Assembly (NCBI GenBank): GCA_036008545.1
Contig: DASYNM010000253.1
Coordinates: forward strand, 1-50,697
Direction of reading: 5' to 3'
DNA length: 50,697 bases
DNA from: Verrucomicrobiia bacterium
GTDB lineage: Bacteria; Verrucomicrobiota; Verrucomicrobiia; Limisphaerales; Palsa-1400
Positions 37,700 through 45,299 of the stretch are shown here, one piece after another. Position 1 is the stretch's first letter. Each line of letters opens with the position of its first letter. The position numbers were made by a program, and so were the translations under genes. The notes beneath the pieces were generated by a model. The model made no database searches. It was not told where the DNA came from and saw only the letters and a program-made list of their open reading frames with translations.

Positions 37700-38092
37700 A
37701 TGCAGTTGCATGTTTCCACAGCCGACGGTGTTCCGATCTACTGGCAGATCGCCAACCAGGTGAAATATCTGGTCGCTTCGGGACGGCTCGCGCCGGGTGA
37801 CGAAATCCCGCCTATTCGCGTCCTGGCCCATCAACTCCTGGTCAATCCCAATACCGTGGCCCGCGCCTACCTGGAGTTGGAGCGAGAAGGCGTCGTCCAA
37901 AAGCGCCACGGTTCCGGCACCTACATCTCCGACACCGGTTCGCCTTTGGCCCGCAAGGAGCGCCTAAAAATTCTCTCGGAACGTGTCGATGCCCTTCTGG
38001 CCGAAGCCCGGCACCTGCAAGTGGAACCGCTGGAATTGATGCGGCTCATCAAGGACCGCAGCCAATCCATTCAACCCAAGGAAGCTAAATGA
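37700..38092 (+). CDS. GntR-family (YtrA-like, short) transcriptional regulator.
   Basis: It has the winged-HTH sequence 'PIYWQIANQVKYLVASGRLAPGDEIPPIRVLAHQLLVNPNTVARAYLELEREGVVQKRHGSGTYI' and a short C-terminal helical tail. Its stop overlaps the ABC gene start (ATGA). Confidence 0.85.
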   Translation: MQLHVSTADGVPIYWQIANQVKYLVASGRLAPGDEIPPIRVLAHQLLVNPNTVARAYLELEREGVVQKRHGSGTYISDTGSPLARKERLKILSERVDALLAEARHLQVEPLELMRLIKDRSQSIQPKEAK

Positions 38093-38991
38093 ATTCATCG
38101 AACGCGCCACATGCCGTGGAAGTCACCTGCTTGAGCAGGAAATTTGGCTCCAAACTCGCGCTCAACCAACTCTCGCTCCAAGTCCGGCGCGGACGCGTCT
38201 TCGGGCTCGTCGGCGCGAATGGCGCGGGTAAGACCACCCTGATCAAACATCTCCTCGGACGCTTGAAGGCCGAAAGCGGTTCGGTCCGCGTGTTTGGTTT
38301 CGATCCAGTGGCCGAGCCCGTGGGCGTGTTGAGCCGCATTGGATATCTTTCGGAGAATCGCGACCTGCCAGGCTGGATGCGGGTGGACGAATTGCTTCGC
38401 TACACCGCGGCGTTTTATCCGAACTGGGACCCGGCCTATGCCGAGGAACTACGCCGTCAATTCAACCTGGACTCGGGGGCGAAAATCAAGACTCTCTCGC
38501 GCGGCGAGAACGCGAAGGCCGGACTCTTGATCGCGCTTGCCTACCGGCCCGAAATGCTTCTGCTTGATGAACCAAGCTCCGGCTTGGACCCGGTCGTGCG
38601 CCGGGACATCCTGGAGGCCATCATTCGCACCGTCGCCGATGAGGGTCGCACTGTACTCTTCTCTTCGCATTTGTTGGAGGAAGTGGAGCGAGTGGCGGAC
38701 GACCTGGCCATGATGTTCAACGGACAGGTGGTTCTCGCAGGTCAAGTGGACGAGGTGAAGGAGAATCACCGCCGTCTGGTTTTCCGGTTTGATTCGCCGC
38801 AATCCTCCGCTCCCAAAGTCCCTGGTGTCTTGAGTATCACTGGCGGTGGCCAGGAATGGACGGCCATCTGCAACGGCAAACGCGATGAAGCCGTGGCTGC
38901 GGCAGCGCGCGCGGGCGGACGAGTCGTGGAGGAGGGACCGCCATCGCTGGACGAAATTTTCGTGGCCTGGGCCGGGGCAAAATCCAAGTAG
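38089..38991 (+). CDS. ABC transporter ATP-binding protein.
   Basis: It has Walker A 'GANGAGKTT', the Q-loop, the signature 'LSRGENAK', Walker B 'LLLDEPSSGLD' and the H-loop 'SSHLL'. Confidence 0.92.
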   Translation: MNSSNAPHAVEVTCLSRKFGSKLALNQLSLQVRRGRVFGLVGANGAGKTTLIKHLLGRLKAESGSVRVFGFDPVAEPVGVLSRIGYLSENRDLPGWMRVDELLRYTAAFYPNWDPAYAEELRRQFNLDSGAKIKTLSRGENAKAGLLIALAYRPEMLLLDEPSSGLDPVVRRDILEAIIRTVADEGRTVLFSSHLLEEVERVADDLAMMFNGQVVLAGQVDEVKENHRRLVFRFDSPQSSAPKVPGVLSITGGGQEWTAICNGKRDEAVAAAARAGGRVVEEGPPSLDEIFVAWAGAKSK

Positions 38992-39001
38992 GAGAATTCT
39001 T

Positions 39002-40665
39002 ATGCACACACCTGTCGCGGCATTAGCATGGGAACTTTGGCACAAACATCGCACGCGCTTGATAAGCGTGATCGGCCTCATTCTGGCATTTGCTTTGGTG
39101 TATCCGAAACTATGCGCGCAGGCGGGCTTCGATCCACATGGCTCGAACGCTCTGGATGAGATAGTCAAGAAATTTGCGCATCCGGGCGTCAGCGATCTCT
39201 CAGCGCTGCGTGTCTTGCAAATACTATACATAATGTTTCTCGCCTGCGGCCCGGCGTTGGCAATGATCCTGACCCTGCTGTATATAATGTGGGTTTTCAC
39301 CTTCACCGAATTCGATCCGAGCACCAAAGACCCCTTGCGATTTCCCGCCCGTCTCTTCACGCTCCCAATTTCGACGCCCTTTCTGTTTTGGTGGCTCTGG
39401 CTGGGTGGGATGGCGGCGGTCGCGATGCTTTACGCGAGCTGGGTTTATTTCGTTCATCAGCCGTACTTGGACACATTCGAGGTTTACCAGAATTGCTTTG
39501 CTTGGATGACCTTCATGGCTCTGACGCAAGGGATTGTTTGGTCCCTGGCCGCCTGGCCGATCACTCGCATGCTGCTCCTGATGGCGGTGCTTTTTGGCCT
39601 GCTCTTTTCTCCAGCCCAGCGCGACATCATCGAATCACCATTCGTGTTGCCGTCGCTCTTTGTTCTTGGCTTGGTGCTGGCTCGCGTAGGATTAGAGAAG
39701 ATGCGGCACGGTCAATGGCAACCTTGGATTTGGAAATGGCCGTTCGCATCGATGTCCGCCCGCGCGGAGTTGCGAGGGCCAAAGGAATTTGCTTCGCCTG
39801 CTCAAGCACAGTTGTGGTTTGAATGGCGCCGGAGCGCGCGAGGTCTGTGTTTCATCGCCGGCGGACTGGCGTTAATCCCTGTGGCCTTGCATCTGCTCGT
39901 GCGCCTCACGTTCGGCCTTGGCCCAATCAGCTATGACACCCTGTTCGGCTTCGCGGGCTATCTGGTTGCGATTCCCATCTTTCTTCATTTTTGTGTCGCG
40001 GCCTCGCCGGCCCGAACGGATGCATCTTTCTTGATGCTGCGTCCTCTAACCAATGGCCAGATGATGATGGCGATGTTGAAAGCGACGGCAATCACCACGA
40101 TTTTTCTTGGTTGGTCGTGTTTTTGTCGCTGGCCGCCTTGCCATTGCTGGGAGATTTCCGCGCGGTGGTGAAGGCGTTGGAACTTCCACCACGCATTTGG
40201 ATCATCGCCGTGCCGGGATTTTTGCTCCTGACATGGCGGTTGATCGCAGTCAATCTGTGTTTCGTCTGGTCCGGCAAACGGCGGCTGATGGGGATGCCTG
40301 TGCTCCTTGTGGTGGGAATCTACGCAAGCGCGCTTACGATTTCCATTCTGAGTCAACACCAAGCGCTGTGGAATTCTTTCTGCCGGCTTGTTCCCGGCGT
40401 GCTGGCTGGTTTGATCGTCGTGAAATTCCTGCTGGCTTATCTGGCCTTTCGTGTTTCTGTAAAACGAGGTCTGCTCGCTCCTTCCGCGATAATGAGTTAT
40501 CTGGGCGTCTGGGCGTTGCTCGCAATCGCCCTGTTGATCCCGACGGTGATTCTACTACATGGCACGACGTTGGCTCTACCGTATGCATTGGGAATTATCT
40601 TGTTGGTGCCACTGGCCAGGATTGGTTTTTGTCCCATTACGCTGGCTTGGAACCGGCACAGTTGA
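39002..40665 (+). pseudogene. Large polytopic membrane protein (putative permease partner of the ABC ATPase), split into two frames at a T5 run.
   Basis: The ATG at 39002 opens a hydrophobic ORF that turns Cys/Trp-rich and stops at 40171. The frame one nt upstream becomes hydrophobic ('SWLVVFLSLAALPLLG...') from about 40103 and runs to 40665. The junction maps to ttttt at 40101-40105. Adding one T restores '...AITTIFSWLVVFLSL...' and a protein of about 554 aa. Confidence 0.7.
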
Positions 40666-40746
40666 CAGCCCATCGACACCGGCACCGCGCGCTTCGGCAC
40701 TCAGCTCCAATCCGCCTCGACTTGACGCAAGCCGATTTCTAAGTTT

Positions 40747-41160
40747 TCAACGCCAACGGCCGCGCACCCAAACAGCGCGTCCACCGCCATAGTGCCAATG
40801 GCCTCCGAACCACAAAGCCCCGCGGTACGGCGGCACAACCCACACACCTGGAATCCAAACCCAGGCCACGCCATTCCAGTTATAGTAACCGGTGGTCCAG
40901 ACGTAATCCGGTCCGGGCGCAGCCGGAGCCACTTCCGTTGGAGGCGTGGGCGGGGGTTGTGAGCCAACCACCGTCGAGCCAGGAGGCGGCTCTTGCAGAG
41001 TCCCAGGCGCGGGAGGCGGCGCCGTAGTTGGCCCGGGCGCAATCGTGACCCCTCCAGTCGGTGGCGGCGCGACATAGACTGGTTGGCTGGTCGTGCAGCC
41101 GCCTGTGAATATTCCGGCAAGGGCGGCCAACGCCGCAACAAGACGAACTTTCATTTTCAT
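40747..41160 (-). CDS. Lipoprotein with a proline-rich linker and a C-terminal W/G/Y-rich (WxxGxW-type) repeat region.
   Basis: The ATG at 41160 gives 'MKMKVRLVAALAALAGIFTGGC', a lipobox-like signal. The C-terminus reads 'YVWTTGYYNWNGVAWVWIPGVWVVPPYRGALWFGGHWHYGGG..WVRGRW'. Confidence 0.7.
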   Translation of the reverse strand: MKMKVRLVAALAALAGIFTGGCTTSQPVYVAPPPTGGVTIAPGPTTAPPPAPGTLQEPPPGSTVVGSQPPPTPPTEVAPAAPGPDYVWTTGYYNWNGVAWVWIPGVWVVPPYRGALWFGGHWHYGGGRAVWVRGRWR

Positions 41161-41200
41161 ACACCATAACGCTAGCGCAAGCATGGCAAAAATTCCACCG

Positions 41201-42100
41201 CTAATTGAGCCGCACCGCCTCCTGGCCGTCGAGGCGTTTGGATAAATCGATGGGATCGCCGACTGAAACTTGCTGCGGATTGACCTGATAGGCCCAAACC
41301 TCAAAATGGGTCAAGGTGGCCTCGCCGTAGATCGTCGCAAACGCAGCGTCCACGGCATCCGAACCGTGGGCGACCTTGACGCGGCCAATGCGCGGCACGT
41401 TGTAACGCGGATCAAACGTCAGCCATTCCTGGCCCAGATAAACTTCGAGATAGGCGTGAAAATCCATCGGCGTGCCGGGGTCCACGTAACCGATGTCCGG
41501 CAGGTGTCCGGTCACGTAGCGGGCTGGTAGATTGAAGGCGCGGCACAACGCAATGGCCGTATGGGCGAAATCGCGGCAGACGCCGTGACGGCGCTCGATC
41601 ACTTCCGAAGCGGAAAGGTCGGCCCTGCCGGAGCCGAATCGATATTCAATATTCTTGTGGAGCCAATCGCAAATGGCTTGCACGCGCGGCAGGCCGTGTG
41701 GGACTTGCCCGAATTGCTGCCAGGCAAAATTCAGCAACTTGTCCGAATCGCAATAACGGCTTGGCAAAGTGTAACGCAACCACTCCGCGGGCAATTGTCC
41801 CACCGGCAGAATGGGCCCCTGCACCTCCCGGCTATCGGGCAGGGACGAAATGGCGACCAAGGCATCGTGGCGGATTTCGTTGCGGCCCGGCATGAACATC
41901 GAACGAAAAGTCATGTTGCCGTGGCTGTCCTGAAACTCGTACGAGGGTTGGCCAATGCCGAAGGAGAGCTTCTCCTGCATCACCAGCACCCTGCCTTCAA
42001 TGCGTGGTTTGAGCACGAAGAGCACCGGGGTCGGCACCGACGTTTGGTAAGCGAGGCTGCAGCCGACGCGAACAGTAAGATTAAGAGGAGTCCAAGACAT
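41201..42100 (-). CDS. Transglutaminase-like cysteine-protease-fold protein.
   Basis: The core 'RHGVCRDFAHTAIALCRAFNLPARYVTGH...DFHAYLEVYLGQEWLTFDP' carries the Cys/His/Asp arrangement. The ATG at 42100 gives 'MSWTPLNLTV...'. Confidence 0.85.
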   Translation of the reverse strand: MSWTPLNLTVRVGCSLAYQTSVPTPVLFVLKPRIEGRVLVMQEKLSFGIGQPSYEFQDSHGNMTFRSMFMPGRNEIRHDALVAISSLPDSREVQGPILPVGQLPAEWLRYTLPSRYCDSDKLLNFAWQQFGQVPHGLPRVQAICDWLHKNIEYRFGSGRADLSASEVIERRHGVCRDFAHTAIALCRAFNLPARYVTGHLPDIGYVDPGTPMDFHAYLEVYLGQEWLTFDPRYNVPRIGRVKVAHGSDAVDAAFATIYGEATLTHFEVWAYQVNPQQVSVGDPIDLSKRLDGQEAVRLN

Positions 42101-42276
42101 ATATGCGAATTCAGCCAAGGCAAACTTACACACATTGTTCGTGATTGCCAATCTTGCTCTGTTCTTCGCGACTGGAAATGGTGGGAGCGCGCCGTGCGGA
42201 AAATATGAAAGCGGTGGCCTGTTAGCCTTCGATGGATGTCACCGCTCGCAAGCTACGCGTAGATCGAGGGGCTTTG

Positions 42277-42901
42277 TCCCGTAGGGACATTCCGACAATA
42301 GCCCGGCGTTTCAACGCCGGGGGCCAAAATTGCGTTGCACAAGTCCCGAAGGGACGGCTGAATGCCACGCGTGTCCTACGTGAGTTCATATCACCATGCG
42401 TCTTCAGTACCAAGGACCGCCAACCTCTCATCACCGCGGCGCTCAGAGAAAGACTTTGGCCGTTTCTAGGCGGCATCGCGCGGAACAACAAAATGAAGGC
42501 CATCGAAATAGGAGGCGTAGAAGACCACGTTCATCTCCTGCTATCCATACCGTCAACGGTTTCGATTGCCAAAGCGCTGCAGCTAATTAAGGGCGGCTCC
42601 TCAAAATGGGTGCATGAAACATTTCCCGAATACCGCCTTTTTGAGTGGCAGGAAAAGTATGGGGCCTTCAGCGTCAGCGTGTCGCAATTGGACAACATCA
42701 TCGAGTACATCAAAAATCAGCAAGAGCATCATCGCAAAATGACATTTCAAGAGGAGTTTTTGGCCTTGCTGAAAAAACACCGTGTCGAATTTGACGAGGC
42801 ATATTTGTGGGTTTGAATCAGCCGTCCCTTCGGGACTTGAGGTCTGCGACGTGGGACCGGCGTTGAAACGCCGGGCTATTCTCATGTCGTCCCTCCGGGA
42901 C
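42277..42901. mobile_element. REPtron-like unit: a Y1 (HUH) RAYT/IS200-like transposase gene bracketed by mirrored clusters of three REP hairpins.
   Basis: The left cluster at 42277-42361 is gtccc-gta-gggac, then cccggcg-tttcaa-cgccggg, then gtccc-gaa-gggac-ggctga. The right cluster at 42818-42901 is tcagcc-gtccc-ttc-gggac, then ccggcg-ttgaaa-cgccgggct, then gtccc-tcc-gggac. The 19-nt and 21-nt segments are exact reverse complements of each other, in mirrored order. Confidence 0.8.
42362..42816 (+). pseudogene. IS200/IS605-type Y1 transposase (RAYT-like) with an apparent frameshift after about codon 12.
   Basis: The main frame has 'VFSTKDRQPLI', the HUH motif 'VEDHVHLLL' and the catalytic-Tyr helix 'IIEYIKNQQEHH', but no nearby in-frame ATG. 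The track ORF start at 42232 reads through the left REP cluster. The ATG at 42362, directly after the REP cluster, encodes 'MPRVSYVSSYHH' in the frame one nt downstream, which looks like the conserved family N-terminus (..YH.VFSTK.R). Confidence 0.6.
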
Positions 42902-43085
42902 TTCAGATCGAAGCAAACGTCCGGTCTGAGCGAAAGCCGAGGTCTTTAACTTCATTGTGGCCGGGCAAACAAACCTTGAGCAAGAGACAACACCATTGCC
43001 CCATGACCACTATTTTTTCTTCCACGCGGGCACGCCAACAGGCTGGATTTCCAAGCCGCGTTCGTGGATACTCGCCGCCAAAATT

Positions 43086-45290
43086 ATGCAATCCAATTAT
43101 TCCCTCGGCAAATTCCGCCCTCTATTCGGCTTCGGTCTGGCGGCTGTGCTCGTTTCGATGGCGCGCGCCGGCGAGACGCCGACCACGACCAACGACTATT
43201 GGGCCGTCGAAGATCGCGCGGCGCGAGAACAATTGCCGCTTTACACGACCATTCCCGCCGCCACGCCCGCCGAATTGACAAAGGCCAACGGCTTGCCCAA
43301 GCGCAAAACATTCTTGACGTGGGAGCGTTCGCACGGGGACAATGGCGGTCGGCGCTACTCGGCCCTGACGCAAATCAACCGGGGCAACGTCGGCGATCTG
43401 GCCGTCGCCTGGACCTATCATTCCCACGACTCCGGCGAGGCCCTGGAATGCAATCCCATCATCGTGCAGAACGCCATGATTACGCCGACGCCGGGGAACA
43501 ACGTCGTCGCCGTCAACGCCACCAACGGTATTGAACTTTGGCGCTTTAAAGCCGACGGCCGCCCGGCATTTCGTGGCTTGATTTATTGGCCCGGCCACCG
43601 TGGTGCCGTCGAGCGCATCCTGTTTACCGCCGGTCCGTGGCTCTACGCGCTGGACCCGAAGACCGGGCGGCTTGTGGAAGGTTTCGGCGACCATGGAAAA
43701 CTCGCCTTACCGGGTCGAGACCGGCCCGGCTACGGAGCTTCCAGCGCCGCTCCGACAATTTACAAGGACATCCTTATCGTCCCCGGCTACATGAAGGATG
43801 TGTGGGGCTTCGATGTTACGACGGGCCGCCTGCTTTGGACTTTTCACACCGTGCCGCATGAGGGCGAATTTGGTTACGACACCTGGGATACGACGGAGGA
43901 TTACGGCGCCAACGCCTGGGCCGGCATGGCCTTGGACGACGCCCGCGGCATCGCTTTCCTCTCCACCGCTGCGGCCAAGCCCAACTTCATTGGCGTGCGC
44001 CATCGCGGCCAGAATCTGTTCTCCGATTGCATCCTGGCCCTAGACGCGCGCACCGGGCAGCGCCTCTGGCATTTCCAGGAAATACGTCACGACATTTGGG
44101 ACCTCGACATTTCCGGGCCGCCCAACCTCGCCACCATCACGCGCGATGGCCGGCGCGTTGACGTCGTGACCGCAGAGACCAAGATGGGCAACACGCTCTT
44201 GCTGGATCGCGTGACCGGCAAGCCCATCTTCCCTTTCCGTCTGCGCCGCGCACCCACGAGCGACGTGCCGGGCGAAGTCACCTGGCCTTATCAGCCGGAC
44301 GTTGAACTGCCGGAGCCGTTCGCAAAATTAGAATTTACAGAAGCCGATCTCACGGATCGTACGGAAGAGGCGGCGGAATTCGCCCGCAGCCGTTTCAAGG
44401 GGATGCGCACCGGTCGGTTTATGCCTTGCGCCGACGGCCAGCCCACGTTGCTCTTTAATATCGACGGCGGGGCCGAGTGGACGGGCGCGTGCATCGATGT
44501 CGAGACGGGCTGCCTCTACGTTACGGCCAATCACATCGGCTGGGCCATCACCATGTTTCGCGATGACGATCCGCCCGACGATGACAAAGCGCCGAAGACC
44601 GCGGGCCAACTGGTTTACGAAAAAGCCTGCGCTGTTTGTCACGGAAAGGAACGTCTGGGTGTCGGCATCTCGCCGCCTTTGCGCGGGCTGCGGCATCGGA
44701 TGACGGATGAGGCCGTCAACAAACAAATCCGCGACGGCAAAAATGCCATGCCCGCCAATCCGCTCTTGAGCGACTCGGACCTCAAGGCGTTGGTGGATTA
44801 TCTCATGCTGCGCGACCGCCCCATTCCGGCCGAGACGCCAAAGACAGAACGCCCGGTTTACAGCTTCGCCGGTTATCCCCGTTTCTACGACCAGGAAGGC
44901 TACCCCGCCAACAAACCGCCGTGGGGCACGCTCAATTGCATCAATCTCAACACGGGCAAGCTCGAATGGAAAGTTCCGCTCGGCGAGTACCCTGTTCTCG
45001 CTGCCGAAGGCAAGCGAACGACCGGCACCGAGAATTACGGCGGCGCTATTGTGACGGCGGGCGGTCTGCTCTTTTGTTCGGGCACGCGCGACAACAAAAT
45101 CCGCGCCTTCGACAAAACCAACGGCCACGAATTGTGGATGGCGCAATTGCCCTGGGCCGGCAGCGCCGCGCCGACGACTTACGAAATCGCCGGCCGCCAA
45201 TACGTCGTCATCCCTGCGACCGGCGTCCAGCATCTCGGCACCCCGCGCGGCGATGCATGGGTCGCCTTCGCTTTGCCCGCAAAGCATTGA
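43086..45290 (+). CDS. PQQ-dependent dehydrogenase (8-blade quinoprotein) with an internal c-type cytochrome domain.
   Basis: The ATG at 43086 gives the signal 'FRPLFGFGLAAVLVSMARA'. The PQQ-propeller hallmarks are 'WERSHGDNGGRRYSALTQINRGNVGDLAVAWTY', 'NPIIV', 'NAWAGMALD' and 'GGAIVTAGGLLFCSGTRDNKIRAFD'. The haem motif CAVCH lies at 44628-44642, with Met in 'GKNAMPAN'. Confidence 0.85.
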   Translation: MQSNYSLGKFRPLFGFGLAAVLVSMARAGETPTTTNDYWAVEDRAAREQLPLYTTIPAATPAELTKANGLPKRKTFLTWERSHGDNGGRRYSALTQINRGNVGDLAVAWTYHSHDSGEALECNPIIVQNAMITPTPGNNVVAVNATNGIELWRFKADGRPAFRGLIYWPGHRGAVERILFTAGPWLYALDPKTGRLVEGFGDHGKLALPGRDRPGYGASSAAPTIYKDILIVPGYMKDVWGFDVTTGRLLWTFHTVPHEGEFGYDTWDTTEDYGANAWAGMALDDARGIAFLSTAAAKPNFIGVRHRGQNLFSDCILALDARTGQRLWHFQEIRHDIWDLDISGPPNLATITRDGRRVDVVTAETKMGNTLLLDRVTGKPIFPFRLRRAPTSDVPGEVTWPYQPDVELPEPFAKLEFTEADLTDRTEEAAEFARSRFKGMRTGRFMPCADGQPTLLFNIDGGAEWTGACIDVETGCLYVTANHIGWAITMFRDDDPPDDDKAPKTAGQLVYEKACAVCHGKERLGVGISPPLRGLRHRMTDEAVNKQIRDGKNAMPANPLLSDSDLKALVDYLMLRDRPIPAETPKTERPVYSFAGYPRFYDQEGYPANKPPWGTLNCINLNTGKLEWKVPLGEYPVLAAEGKRTTGTENYGGAIVTAGGLLFCSGTRDNKIRAFDKTNGHELWMAQLPWAGSAAPTTYEIAGRQYVVIPATGVQHLGTPRGDAWVAFALPAKH

Positions 45291-45299
45291 CCAGCCTGG

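Noticed and set aside
39038-39053. The sequence TGGCAC-AAACA-TCGCA resembles a sigma-54 -24/-12 promoter.
   Set aside because: It lies 36 nt inside the permease coding sequence, has a mismatch in the -12 TTGC, and has no gene positioned downstream to use it. It is probably chance.
40107-40742. A third-frame 211-aa ORF across the permease 3' half.
   Set aside because: Its Arg/Gly-rich junk composition contrasts with the clearly TM-helical frame at 39991-40665.
42232-42361. The long N-terminal extension of the transposase ORF (MDVTARKLRVDRGALSRRDIPTIARRFNAGG...).
   Set aside because: These codons are simply the translation of the left REP hairpin cluster. Family members normally start about 12 residues before 'VFSTK'.
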